This document shows, piece after piece, positions 18,366 through 28,084 of a DNA stretch of 64,000 nt. Numbering within the stretch: the first letter of the stretch is position 1; every line of letters begins with the position of its first letter. The notes beneath the pieces were generated by a model. The model was not told where the DNA came from, did no database searches, and was given only the letters and a program-made list of their open reading frames with translations. Made by a program: the position numbers and the translations under genes. This DNA comes from Pedosphaera sp. (lineage in GTDB: Bacteria; Verrucomicrobiota; Verrucomicrobiia; Limisphaerales; UBA1096): NCBI GenBank assembly GCA_022451065.1, contig JAKUOU010000020.1, forward strand, positions 9,349-73,348, read 5' to 3'.

Positions 18366-19481
18366 ATGAGCGTGACTTTATCGGATGCCACAAAAGAGAT
18401 GACGGTACGGGAACGTGTTGCCGAACTGGGCCAACGGATTCTCGACGGCGGAAAAATATCCCGCAACGATGCGCTTGAGTTGGCAAACATTGAGTCGAAC
18501 ACCGATATCATGGACCTGCTCGCGTGGGCCAATCGCATCCGAGAACATTTCAAGGGCAACAAGATTCACCTCTGCTCCATCGTCAACGCCAAGGCCGGTG
18601 CCTGCTCGGAGAACTGCTCGTTCTGCGCCCAGTCTGCCGCCTACCAGACCGAATCGCCGCGCTACGGTTTTGTCGATCCCGAGCCGGTTTCGGAAGCAAT
18701 GTCCGAGGCCAAGGACAACGGCGTCACCGCCGTCGGGCTGGTCGCCGCCTGGCGTGGGCTCAAGGAAGGCCCAATGCTCGACGAGGTGTGCGACCGCATC
18801 CGCGAGATGAAGGAGAACGGCAAGTCGCGCCCGGATGCCTCGCTAGGCTTGATCGAAAGCCAAGCCGTCGCCGACCGGCTTAAGGATTCCGGGCTCTCAT
18901 GTTACGGACACAACCTCGAAAGCTCGCGCCGGTTTTTCCCGGAGCACTGTACGACGCACACGTTTGAGGATCGTCTCAAGACGATCCAGTTTTTAAAAAA
19001 TGCCGGTATTAAGATTTGTTCCGGTGGCATCATCGGCATGGGCGAGGACCGCGTGGACCGCGTGGATCTGGCGATGGAATTGCGTGAGATTGATGCCAAT
19101 GTCGTGCCGATAAATATTCTCAACCCGATCGAAGGCACTCCGCTAGAGAATCAGGAACCGCTGCCGCCAATGGAGATTCTCAAAACCATTGCCGTGTTCC
19201 GATTCATCCTGCCGCGAAAGGAGATCATGATTGCCGGCGGCCGCACAGTGAACCTGCGCGACATGCAGAGCATGGTGTTCACCGCCGGCGCAAGTGCGCT
19301 GATGGTCGGCAACTATCTCACCACGCTTAACCAGCCGGTCGAGAAGGATTTGCAGATGCTGCGAGACCTCGGGCTCGATCCGGACTGGGACAACGATTTC
19401 GCCGACCAGACAACCGGCGGGGGCTGTGGCAGCCGTTGCGGTTGCGAGGAAAAACCGGCCGATACTGCCGCAACCGCCTAA
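18366..19481 (+). CDS. bioB: biotin synthase-like radical SAM enzyme (atypical auxiliary-cluster ligands)
   Basis: CSENCSFCAQS radical-SAM box, YGHNLESS, KICSGGIIGMGE, VPINILNPIEGTPL, and IAGGR motifs are collinear with E. coli BioB. See the finding on the missing Cys ligands and the C-terminal CGSRCGC tail. Confidence 0.7.
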   Translation: MSVTLSDATKEMTVRERVAELGQRILDGGKISRNDALELANIESNTDIMDLLAWANRIREHFKGNKIHLCSIVNAKAGACSENCSFCAQSAAYQTESPRYGFVDPEPVSEAMSEAKDNGVTAVGLVAAWRGLKEGPMLDEVCDRIREMKENGKSRPDASLGLIESQAVADRLKDSGLSCYGHNLESSRRFFPEHCTTHTFEDRLKTIQFLKNAGIKICSGGIIGMGEDRVDRVDLAMELREIDANVVPINILNPIEGTPLENQEPLPPMEILKTIAVFRFILPRKEIMIAGGRTVNLRDMQSMVFTAGASALMVGNYLTTLNQPVEKDLQMLRDLGLDPDWDNDFADQTTGGGCGSRCGCEEKPADTAATA

Positions 19482-19493
19482 ATCCGACGGCAA

Positions 19494-20276
19494 ATGACTG
19501 CGCCGCTCGGAAAAAACATCGGCGGATACGGCGGCGACACCATCGACATCGATGACGTGCTGCAGCGCACTCTCGCCGCTGCCCAAGCGCACGGCTGGTC
19601 GATCGAAAATTTCCCGAACACCGGTGAATTGAAGCTGTACGGTTTGCGTCGCCTGACCTCCGACCCGCGACTGGCTATTTACATTTCCACCGGCATCCAC
19701 GGCGACGAACCGGCCGGGCCACTGGCCATGCTCGAGTTGATCCAGGCCAACGACTGGCCAAGCGGCGTTAACCTGTTCGTCTGTCCATGCCTCAACCCGA
19801 CCGGCTTCCAGAAGAACACCCGCGAAAACCAAGATGGGGTCGATCTCAACCGCGACTATCGCTACATCAAGACATGCGAAGTGCAGGCGCACACCAAATG
19901 GATCGACAGTCTACCCACGTTCGATTTTGGCATCTGTCTACACGAGGACTGGGAGGCCAGAGGCTTCTACCTTTACGAACTGAACCCCGACAACTTGCCC
20001 GCCGTGTCGAAGGATGTCATCGATGCCATTGACCAGACCTGTCCGATCGACCATTCCGAGCGCATCGATGATCGACCGGCCAGCGGCGGTATCCTTAAAC
20101 CGGTCGTCTCCCCCGAGGCGCGGTCGCTTTGGCCCGAGGCGTTTTACATCGTGCTAAAAAAAACCCGCCTTTCGTACACGCTCGAGGCGCCGTCTGATTT
20201 CCAAATGGTGACGCGTGTCAATGCCCTTTCCACTGCTGTTCAAACGTTGTTAGACTCCCACTTAACCAAGCTATAA
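19494..20276 (+). CDS. M14-type zinc carboxypeptidase / succinylglutamate desuccinylase-aspartoacylase-like protein
   Basis: STGIHGDEPAG (HxxE zinc site), CLNPTGF, and DLNRDY motifs. It begins 12 nt downstream of bioB. Confidence 0.55.
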   Translation: MTAPLGKNIGGYGGDTIDIDDVLQRTLAAAQAHGWSIENFPNTGELKLYGLRRLTSDPRLAIYISTGIHGDEPAGPLAMLELIQANDWPSGVNLFVCPCLNPTGFQKNTRENQDGVDLNRDYRYIKTCEVQAHTKWIDSLPTFDFGICLHEDWEARGFYLYELNPDNLPAVSKDVIDAIDQTCPIDHSERIDDRPASGGILKPVVSPEARSLWPEAFYIVLKKTRLSYTLEAPSDFQMVTRVNALSTAVQTLLDSHLTKL

Positions 20277-20578
20277 CATGAATCCGGGAACTGCCTGAAA
20301 ACTGTTGGTGTGGATTTCGCGCGGTGTAGGCGTCATCTGCACGTTGGCGATTACCCGCATGCCGATGCCAATCGCCTGGGCGCAGTCTGCCCACACCGCT
20401 ATTAGCCTTGGCGAACTGCCCGGCGAACCTATCAGGCCATCGCCATTTTTATAGTGGCCACCTGCGGAACAATCATTATGAACAGCCATCCCGTTCTCGG
20501 GAAATACGTCCTCATGGACGGAGCCAGTTGCTGGCTCTACTGTGTCTCTACCCTCTGGCTACAAACCCAACTGAATAC

Positions 20579-21421
20579 TCAGAGTGCGAAAAACAGTAGC
20601 GGTGAGTAGAGGCCAAAGTCGGCCATGGCACGGAGAAACCCGGCACTGAAACGATCGCAGCGATCGTGCAGCCAGGCCATGCCAAGTGCACTGATCCCAA
20701 CCGCCGCCATTGCGTGCTGTTCCGCAGCCTGGCTAAGCGCAACAGCGGCAATCACCGCCAACAGGCCAAGCGTAATATCAAACCACGACAGGCGGCGAAC
20801 GAACCTCGGATGAGCATTTAGCAGCGAGTCGGGGTCGTCCCGATCCGCCGTGACGACCTCCCAGGCAGTGATGTGCGAACAACTCATCGCGCACAACGCA
20901 CCGAAGCCGAACACCGGCAGCAGCAAACTTGACCAAGCACCTGGTGCGACGGACCAAACCTGCAGTGCGCAGCCCACCGAAAACACAAAACCGACGTGCC
21001 ATTCCTTCGGCCAAAACCGATTGCGCAGGGCCGGCCACCAATGCGTCGCCCCAAAGTGTGCCACCGTGAAGACCAGCACCACGCCACCTCCCAGCCACGC
21101 GCGGGAGTTGAGTGTAATTACCGCGAGCACAGTCGCGACGACTAAAACCACAATGGAGATGCCCAGCCAAATGGGCTTCCCTCGAAGTTGAATCGCGTGC
21201 CGGTCGGTCTCCGTTTTTCCACCAGACTCAACGGCATCCAGTGCCCGGTCGGCCCAGTAAACCAACCATATACAGCAGAAGAGCAGGACGCGCTCGCCCC
21301 ACCCCACCGACACGCCGGCGACCCGAGCAAACTGCTCCTGCCAGATTAGCGCCAGCAGCGGCGAGTCGAGGTTGAGCAGGTTGGGCCAAAGCCACCAAGG
21401 GGCGCGGATTGCCATTCGCAC
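20579..21421 (-). CDS. polytopic membrane protein, possibly UbiA-like prenyltransferase fold
   Basis: The protein has 7-8 hydrophobic spans. Two Asp-rich patches (YWADRALD and ADRDDPDS) loosely resemble UbiA motifs. The assignment is weak. Confidence 0.35.
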   Translation of the reverse strand: MRMAIRAPWWLWPNLLNLDSPLLALIWQEQFARVAGVSVGWGERVLLFCCIWLVYWADRALDAVESGGKTETDRHAIQLRGKPIWLGISIVVLVVATVLAVITLNSRAWLGGGVVLVFTVAHFGATHWWPALRNRFWPKEWHVGFVFSVGCALQVWSVAPGAWSSLLLPVFGFGALCAMSCSHITAWEVVTADRDDPDSLLNAHPRFVRRLSWFDITLGLLAVIAAVALSQAAEQHAMAAVGISALGMAWLHDRCDRFSAGFLRAMADFGLYSPLLFFAL

Positions 21422-21520
21422 ATCACTGGGATTTTAAGGCAAGCAACGCGATTTGAAACGAAAAACCGGTAACGTTGTCTTTGACATTCCCGGCGGGCGA
21501 TCGTTGGATTGTCGCACAAT

Positions 21521-22444
21521 ATGCGCGACATCTCGATTCCCACCATTTCACTCCGGTCACTGGATTCATCGGCGCACCGTACCGTATCGGTGAAAACGGT
21601 TGGACAGGCGCTGGAGCAGTCCGGTTTTTTTATCGTCACGGACCACGGGATTTCGGCCGGACAAATCGCCGACTGCTACCGGGTCGCTGAGACATTTTTC
21701 TCGCTGCCGGAGGAAACCAAGCGAATCTATCGCCGACCGGAAACGAATGGGCAGCGCGGTTTCACCGAGTTCGGCCGCGAACATGCCAAGAATAGCAAGC
21801 AGGCGGACTTGAAGGAATTTTTCCAGATCGGCCGTGAGGACGGCAACTCGCTGCCTGCCAACGCCTGGCCAAGCGAGGTACCCGGGTTTCGTGAAACGAT
21901 CGATAGACTGTATCGGCAACTCGAGGGCATAGGCATAAAACTGCTTGGCGCATGCAGTGAGCACCTTGGCCTAGAGGCGGAGTTTCTGCCGCGCCTGACC
22001 GAAGGCAGTGACAGCATCCTACGCCTGATCCATTACCCTCCGATTGAGGAAGTCGACAACTCGGCAGCACGAGCGGCGGCACATCAGGATATCAACTTTA
22101 TTACACTGCTGATCCAGGCGACCGGAGGCGGGCTGGAGTTGCAGACCCCGGATGGTGATTGGGTGCCGATAGATGCCAAGCCAAACCAGTTGATTGTCGA
22201 CTCGTGTGACATGATGGCCAACCTGACAAACGGCCGGTTTCGCAGCACGATGCATCGCGTGGTGAACCCGCCGGAGTTGCTCAAGCGCCGCTTGTCGATG
22301 CCGTTTTTCATGCATCCAAGAAAAGATACCGACCTGACACCGCTCCCGGCCTGCATCAAGCGTACGAATGGCCAGGCGAATTACCCAAGCTGGACAGCGG
22401 GAGAATTCCTGGCCAAGCGGCTCGAGGAAATTGGCCTTGGCTGA
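21521..22444 (+). CDS. 2-oxoglutarate/Fe(II)-dependent oxygenase (isopenicillin N synthase-like)
   Basis: IPTISL N-terminus, HYPP..AAAHQDINFITLL (HxD), and STMHRV (distal His, RxS region). The ATG at 21521 is preferred over the TTG at 21509. Confidence 0.7.
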   Translation: MRDISIPTISLRSLDSSAHRTVSVKTVGQALEQSGFFIVTDHGISAGQIADCYRVAETFFSLPEETKRIYRRPETNGQRGFTEFGREHAKNSKQADLKEFFQIGREDGNSLPANAWPSEVPGFRETIDRLYRQLEGIGIKLLGACSEHLGLEAEFLPRLTEGSDSILRLIHYPPIEEVDNSAARAAAHQDINFITLLIQATGGGLELQTPDGDWVPIDAKPNQLIVDSCDMMANLTNGRFRSTMHRVVNPPELLKRRLSMPFFMHPRKDTDLTPLPACIKRTNGQANYPSWTAGEFLAKRLEEIGLG

Positions 22445-22449
22445 AATAA

Positions 22450-23700
22450 CTACTTGGCGGCGGTCCCATTGACGAGACGCAGCGACTCGCGGATAAGAAT
22501 CTCGGCGGTCGATTCGCCAAGGCTAATGCGGGTGACGTAGTCGTACCTCTCGAAGCTGTTCCAGTCCTCCTTGGTCAGTATATAGCCCAGCGCGTCGTTC
22601 GTCAGGCCGAACAGGAAGTTGTGACGTCCTGTCATTTTGCGCTTGAGATAATACCCAATGTTCGGCAATGCCTCGCCGGGAATAGTGAGAATCTGCGCAT
22701 CGCCAACGTGCACAAGGTTGACGCGGGTGGTGATCGATTTTTCGTCTAGCTCGGCCAGGCGCAACGGCGATGACTTCATGATGGCCAAAAGCATCGGCGA
22801 GTCAACCGGCAGCGTCACATCCCGCCAAGCGCAACTGATCTTCAGATTTTTTTGCGCTTCTGTACCGCTGATAATCCGCAATGCCTCGTCGGCGAGCAGG
22901 TGGCCGATGCGGCGGCACTCGTCCCATGTCTGCACATCATTGCCGTCCGGTCCGCGGACATCGGCGGTGACCATCCCGCCCTGTGCGCCATTCATGAAAA
23001 TGCCAGTGCCACCGCCGTTCCGCTCGATGCGATCGTAGAGCGGCCCGACCATGTCCGGGCTGAGAATGCCCTGGCTTGAGCCAAGCACCTCTGGATGGAT
23101 GGCGTAGTTGACCAGCGTGGCGAACGGCTTGCCGTCGCGGTCGACTGCCTGCATTACATTGCAGCGCGGGTCATACAGCTTCGGCGCGTAATAGTTGTAA
23201 GCGATCTTTCCGTTGGCCTTGCCAGTGGCGATCCTAAGAGACGCCAGTTGCAGCCCTGCGACCGCCTCGTTGACCGCCTCGGCGGCTCTGTTGCAGACCG
23301 ATTCCAAATACTCGAGATCCGCATCTGTGCCACCCTTGCCGTTGGGGAAACCGTAGCAGTCGGGCGCGCTGTGCGTGTGTGTCGCGCCGATTAAAATATG
23401 CCCGGGCGGGATCGATTTCACCTTTCGCCGCACACGGTCCCCTAACACGGCGGGGAAGCCGAGAAAATCGGTGCTGACGAACGCCACCCGCGTGCCGTCG
23501 TTCTCGAGAACCAACGCCCGCACCGTGAGATCACCTTTTTTTTTGGTGACCGGACTGGACGGGCCGACACCGCCAGATACCGGAAGCAACGGATCGGGCG
23601 TGACAATCCGCACCGCAATCCCGGCGCGAAACTCCGCGTGCACCAGCACCGCCTGGCCAAGCGCCGCGGCAAAGAGGATGATAACCCTGATCGTTTTCAT
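22450..23700 (-). CDS. neutral/alkaline ceramidase-like hydrolase (N-terminal domain type)
   Basis: Signal peptide present. The GATHTHSAP motif is typical of the neutral ceramidase family. There is no C-terminal ceramidase tail domain. Confidence 0.5.
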   Translation of the reverse strand: MKTIRVIILFAAALGQAVLVHAEFRAGIAVRIVTPDPLLPVSGGVGPSSPVTKKKGDLTVRALVLENDGTRVAFVSTDFLGFPAVLGDRVRRKVKSIPPGHILIGATHTHSAPDCYGFPNGKGGTDADLEYLESVCNRAAEAVNEAVAGLQLASLRIATGKANGKIAYNYYAPKLYDPRCNVMQAVDRDGKPFATLVNYAIHPEVLGSSQGILSPDMVGPLYDRIERNGGGTGIFMNGAQGGMVTADVRGPDGNDVQTWDECRRIGHLLADEALRIISGTEAQKNLKISCAWRDVTLPVDSPMLLAIMKSSPLRLAELDEKSITTRVNLVHVGDAQILTIPGEALPNIGYYLKRKMTGRHNFLFGLTNDALGYILTKEDWNSFERYDYVTRISLGESTAEILIRESLRLVNGTAAK

Positions 23701-23850
23701 AAAATGATAATCTCGGTGGAGCGTGACGCCGAGCAGTTCAGAATGCCACTCAGAATATTCATTACTACAAAATCACCACTGATCTAGGTAATATTTGCGG
23801 TTATTCCATTGAACGGGTAGTCGCAAGACGCCAAATTACCCAGACGGCAA

Positions 23851-25128
23851 GTGGATGCATCCCACGAAAAGTACCTACAGAAATCGGCTGGACCCCGGCT
23901 GATCAACGCCAGCCCACACCCTGCCCTGAAGATGGTTGTCGTCATCCCCTGCCACGACGAGCCGGACCTCGTAGGTGCGCTCGAACGCTTGGCCAACTGC
24001 GAGCCTCCGCTTGGCCAAGTCGAGGTGATTGTCGTCATCAACAGCTCCGAAAAAAACTCCGCAGAGGTAGCCCTTCAAAACCAGCATACCCTCAGTCAAA
24101 CCACCAATTGGCTGGCCGGGCGGGGCAACCACTGGCTGCCCATTCACCTGCTGCATCTGCCAGACCTGCCGCACAGGCATGCCGGTGTCGGCCAGGCGCG
24201 TAAGAGCGGGATGGACGAGGCACTGCGACGACTCGCCGACGTTGCTCAGGCAGAAGATGGCCTACTCGTCTGCTACGACGCCGACTGCCGCTGCTCCGCC
24301 AATTACTTCACCGGAATCGAAGCACACTTCGCCGAGCAGCCGGATATGCCTGGTTGTAGTATTCACTTCGAGCATCCGCTCGACGCTGACGAGTGGGCTG
24401 CGCTTGAATTTGGAGACAGGACGCCTGTCCAGCCGGTGTTTGATGGTATCGCCGCCTACGAGCTACATCTGCGCTATCACGTCCAGGCGCAGAAGTTCAT
24501 CGGTTTCCCGTACGGCTTTCACACCATCGGCTCGGCGATGGCGGTTCGCGCCTGGGCCTATGTGAAACAGGGTGGGATGAACCGTCGACAGGCCGGCGAG
24601 GATTTTTATTTCCTACAGAAAATCAGTTGGCTTGGACAGGTGTCACTACTGACCGGCGTCACCGTGTACCCCTCACCGCGCCTTTCCTGTCGTGTGCCGT
24701 TCGGCACCGGCAAGGCAGTCGGTGACTACGTGGCCGACGGAAAACTGGCCACCTATCCCCTGCAAGCGTACCGCGACGTGCAATGGCTGCTTGGCCAGGT
24801 GGAGGAGCTGTGGGAAACCGGCAAACCCAGCATTGACGCACCCGATGCGATAGCCCGGTTTTTAGGCGATGAATTTCTCGAGTCGGTTGTTCCTGAAATC
24901 CGGGCTAACTCGGGCGACTTGGGCGCGTTTCGAAAGCGGTTTTTCCGCTGGTTTAACGCCTTCCGCCTGATGAAATTCTTGAACTTCGCTCGAGATGAAG
25001 TCCATGGCCCGGCTGCAATCGAAGAGGCAACAATCGGTCTACTTGAGTGGATGGAGCTACCGCATCCGAATTCGCGTGGGATCGTGAATTTACTACGGCA
25101 GTTCCGCCGAATGGATAAGGAATCCTAA
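23851..25128 (+). CDS. glycosyltransferase family 2
   Basis: [20 protein letters not shown] and the YDADC (DxD) region. The start is uncertain: the GTG at 23851 or the ATG at 23932. Confidence 0.6.
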   Translation: MDASHEKYLQKSAGPRLINASPHPALKMVVVIPCHDEPDLVGALERLANCEPPLGQVEVIVVINSSEKNSAEVALQNQHTLSQTTNWLAGRGNHWLPIHLLHLPDLPHRHAGVGQARKSGMDEALRRLADVAQAEDGLLVCYDADCRCSANYFTGIEAHFAEQPDMPGCSIHFEHPLDADEWAALEFGDRTPVQPVFDGIAAYELHLRYHVQAQKFIGFPYGFHTIGSAMAVRAWAYVKQGGMNRRQAGEDFYFLQKISWLGQVSLLTGVTVYPSPRLSCRVPFGTGKAVGDYVADGKLATYPLQAYRDVQWLLGQVEELWETGKPSIDAPDAIARFLGDEFLESVVPEIRANSGDLGAFRKRFFRWFNAFRLMKFLNFARDEVHGPAAIEEATIGLLEWMELPHPNSRGIVNLLRQFRRMDKES

Positions 25129-25970
25129 CGGCGCCGACCCTTCAGGATGGTGGCCCGTTCCTGCAGCCACATAACGTCCGTATTTCGGGCATTTCCGTGG
25201 GTGTGATTGCCCCAGTGGGCTTCCTTGGTCCTTGCCAGTAAAGCTTTTGTTTGTGGATGATTCCATTCATTTACCCTGGAGCCGCCATCGATGTATCCCA
25301 ACGCCGCCTTGCCGTTGTGATAACCGGCCGGCACATGATAGAAACTCTGTTTCATTTGATGTCCAAAAAAAGGCCGGCACAGGCTCACCGGATGTACCTC
25401 AATAAAGGTGAACAGCTCTGAAGGCCCCTTGGCGGAATCAGACATCTTGAGATAACTCTGGTAACTCGGGTTAGGCTGGTTCCGATAGGCCGGTTCGCCT
25501 GCGCCCCGGGTATTCGTGTTCCAACCGACGAAGCTGTTGAGTGAATAGCTGCGCAGACGCGGCTTCGGGATCGTCTTCCTCTTAATAGGATCCCTCACGT
25601 TGATGGTGGTTTTATCGGAGGGGCAGCGGTAAATGCCCACGGTCTTGATGTACTGGCCAAACAGAGAAAGCCTCTTATCGATCAGCATTTCCGGCTTGCC
25701 GGCATCCTCAGGTCGGCTGGAAAAAACACCGCCAACCCAGGTCAAACGAAGTTGTCCATTACCGTTGTGCACCACGTCGTCCTCGTTGTCGTCCGCATAT
25801 AACTGCATCATGATGCCCAGCTGCTTGAAGTTGTTCAGGCAAATGCTCTGGTGCGCCTGGCTTTTGGCCTTGGCAAGCGCCGGCAGCAGCAGGCTAGCAA
25901 GTATGGCGATGATGGCGATTACCACCAGCAACTCGATCAACGTAAATGCATTCGTTCTGTTTTTCTTCAT
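25125..25970 (-). CDS. prepilin-type N-terminal cleavage/methylation domain protein, H-X9-DG family
   Basis: [29 protein letters not shown] pseudopilin N-terminus. The C-terminal [12 protein letters not shown] region matches H-x9-DG. The likely start is MKKNRTN at 25970. Confidence 0.8.
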   Translation of the reverse strand: MKKNRTNAFTLIELLVVIAIIAILASLLLPALAKAKSQAHQSICLNNFKQLGIMMQLYADDNEDDVVHNGNGQLRLTWVGGVFSSRPEDAGKPEMLIDKRLSLFGQYIKTVGIYRCPSDKTTINVRDPIKRKTIPKPRLRSYSLNSFVGWNTNTRGAGEPAYRNQPNPSYQSYLKMSDSAKGPSELFTFIEVHPVSLCRPFFGHQMKQSFYHVPAGYHNGKAALGYIDGGSRVNEWNHPQTKALLARTKEAHWGNHTHGNARNTDVMWLQERATILKGRRR

Positions 25971-25971
25971 A

Positions 25972-26391
25972 TTAGTCTTCTGTTTTCGTCCCGTTTTTCC
26001 ATGCAACCATTCGCCCGGCCTTATCAAAAGTCAGCTGCAGATACCGGTCGCGCAACCGGTGTATCTCCGTCGGCTCCAGCGGCACCACGCTCATTGAGCG
26101 GCGTTTGTAACCAGGCCCAACCAGCGCGCGTCCGATCGATACACCCGAGTTGGTAATCCACTCGGCCCGTCGCATGCCGCCCGAAAGTTTCGTTTCCTCA
26201 ACCGGCAAGCCGAGCTCCACCACGGCCTGCTCGTAATCGAACCGCCCGATGCGTTCGTCCCAATCAACCTGTTGCAACGCCTGGCACCCGGCCCAAAGCA
26301 TGCCAAATAGCACCCCACAAATTAGCCGGGCAACATGTGGAACCTTTGGCACCACGAACCGACAACATACTCCTTGGGAGTCGGTTTGCAA
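25972..26391 (-). CDS. small hypothetical lipoprotein
   Basis: Possible lipobox LWAGC. There is no recognisable domain. The stop lies 1 nt before the pseudopilin start. Confidence 0.4.
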   Translation of the reverse strand: MQTDSQGVCCRFVVPKVPHVARLICGVLFGMLWAGCQALQQVDWDERIGRFDYEQAVVELGLPVEETKLSGGMRRAEWITNSGVSIGRALVGPGYKRRSMSVVPLEPTEIHRLRDRYLQLTFDKAGRMVAWKNGTKTED

Positions 26392-26415
26392 CTCGTAAAA
26401 ACAGGCGAAATACCA

Positions 26416-27447
26416 TTAATTTTGGCCGCTGCGCTGCTTCACTTGACCAATCGCCCATTGGGCGTGCTCGGCAATCAGCGGCTCGGGGTCGGTAGCTGCG
26501 TGCTCAAGCGGTGGGATCGCTGTGGCATCGCCGACATTGCCCAGCGCCACGCAGACGTTTCGCAGCACGCCCCGCCGCTTGGTTCGCTGCATCGGTGTGC
26601 CGCGAAACTTGGCCTGGAAACCCTCTTCATCCAGCATCAACAAATCGATGAGATCCGCTTGACCAAGATCGTCGCGCCGATGTGGCGCCATCAATCGGCC
26701 CTCGCCGGCAAAACGGTTCCACGGACACACCTCGAGACAATCGTCGCATCCGTAAATCCTGTTGCCGATCGCCGACCGGAACTCCTCCGGGATCGAGCCC
26801 TTCAACTCGATCGTCAGGTAGGAGATACAGCGGCGGGCGTCAAGTTGGAACGGCGCAGGGATCGCTTCGGTCGGGCAAACATCAATGCAGCTCGTACACT
26901 TGCCACAGTGGTTGCGCTCCGGCTCGTCCGGTTCCAGCTCGGCGGTGGTCAAAATTTCGGATATGAAAAACCAATTGCCTAAACGGCGGCTGATGAGGTT
27001 GGTGTGCTTGCCGATAAAGCCTAGTCCGGCGCGCTGGCCAAGGTCGCGCTCGAGGATCGGCCCGGTGTCCACGTACCAAAGCGATCGAACGCCCTCACCG
27101 GCAAGCGACTGCAATTGCGTGGTTAGTTGGCCAAGCGCTTGGCCAAGTACATCGTGGTAATCTGCATACCGCGTGTACCGGGCGATCACACCCAGGTTTG
27201 ACCCGGTCTGTTCGCCGTTGCCACTGTCGTAGCTCGCCGCCAGCGTAATGACCGACCGCGCACCCTCGAGGACGAGTTGCGGATCAATGCGCTTAGCCGC
27301 ATTGCGCCCCATCCACTCCATCGTGCCGTGGCATTGACCCTCGAGCCATTTCAGGAATTGCTCCGCGCTCTCAGGCGGCTCGGCGGTGGTGAAGCGGCAG
27401 TCATCAAAGCCCAGCTCAAGTGCGACCTGGCGGATGGCTTCCTTCAT
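26416..27447 (-). CDS. queG: tRNA epoxyqueuosine(34) reductase
   Basis: CGKCTSCIDVCP and CDDCLEVCPWN 4Fe-4S boxes. C-terminal HEAT-like LGNVGD repeat. Confidence 0.85.
   Translation of the reverse strand: MKEAIRQVALELGFDDCRFTTAEPPESAEQFLKWLEGQCHGTMEWMGRNAAKRIDPQLVLEGARSVITLAASYDSGNGEQTGSNLGVIARYTRYADYHDVLGQALGQLTTQLQSLAGEGVRSLWYVDTGPILERDLGQRAGLGFIGKHTNLISRRLGNWFFISEILTTAELEPDEPERNHCGKCTSCIDVCPTEAIPAPFQLDARRCISYLTIELKGSIPEEFRSAIGNRIYGCDDCLEVCPWNRFAGEGRLMAPHRRDDLGQADLIDLLMLDEEGFQAKFRGTPMQRTKRRGVLRNVCVALGNVGDATAIPPLEHAATDPEPLIAEHAQWAIGQVKQRSGQN
27127..27147. repeat. head-to-tail doublet TTGGCCAAGCGCTTGGCCAAG inside queG
   Basis: Read directly from the sequence. It encodes VLGQALGQL on the minus strand. 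Confidence 0.95.
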
Positions 27448-27995
27448 GGTGCCTCGGGTGTCACCTGATGAAACTGACTGAGGATCAGGTTGGCGACATC
27501 CCTGGCGGAACGGTACTCGGTGTTGATGAGCATATCTGAGCGACTATAAGCCGGTTTGCGCTCCTCGAGCAGGTCAATGATTCGTTGCTTGGAATCGTCG
27601 GTGTTGAGGAGCGGCCGATGCGACTGCCCCTTGACACGACGCCAGATCGATTCCGGCGAGGCCCACAGACAAAACACCATCGCGTATTGCTTCATGGTGT
27701 CCATGTTTTCGGCGTCCACCAAGAGACCGCCGCCAGTAGCGATAACAGTGTTCTCACGCTCCGCCAGCCGCACGACCACCTCCCGCTCGTATCGCCGGAA
27801 GGTCTGCTCGCCTTGCTCCTCGAAAATTCGTGGGATGCTCATGCCAACATGCTCCTCGATAAAATGGTCGGTATCGAGAAACTCAAAGCCAGCAACACTG
27901 GCGGCCACCCTGCCGACAGCGGTTTTGCCGCAGCCCATGAAGCCGGTCAGTGCGATGTTGCGTATCTGTCGCTTCTCACCCACGGCAGAGACCAT
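27444..27995 (-). CDS. aroK: shikimate kinase
   Basis: IALTGFMGCGKTAVGR P-loop, LDTD, and GGG (ATGGGLL) motifs. The stop overlaps the queG start as ATGA. The likely start is MVSAVGEK at 27995. Confidence 0.85.
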   Translation of the reverse strand: MVSAVGEKRQIRNIALTGFMGCGKTAVGRVAASVAGFEFLDTDHFIEEHVGMSIPRIFEEQGEQTFRRYEREVVVRLAERENTVIATGGGLLVDAENMDTMKQYAMVFCLWASPESIWRRVKGQSHRPLLNTDDSKQRIIDLLEERKPAYSRSDMLINTEYRSARDVANLILSQFHQVTPEAP

Positions 27996-28084
27996 ACGGC
28001 AAACCGCACTACAACTCGCGCCTTTTTGACAAATTGCCAGCAACCAAACTCGACCCACTGCTCACCCACCCGTAAACTGCACCC

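Noticed and set aside
23536-23544. Homopolymer tracts inside genes as phase-variation switches (T9 at 23536-23544, T8 at 60388-60395, T8 near 29956).
   Set aside because: They encode Lys runs (KKK) in secreted-protein linkers. They are at or below the length where slippage becomes frequent. There is no supporting evidence.
23738-23756. Direct repeat TCAGAAT-N5-TCAGAAT in the AT-rich divergent spacer between the ceramidase-like and GT2 genes, as a regulator site.
   Set aside because: It is only 7 bp and occurs once, so it is indistinguishable from chance in an AT-rich promoter region.
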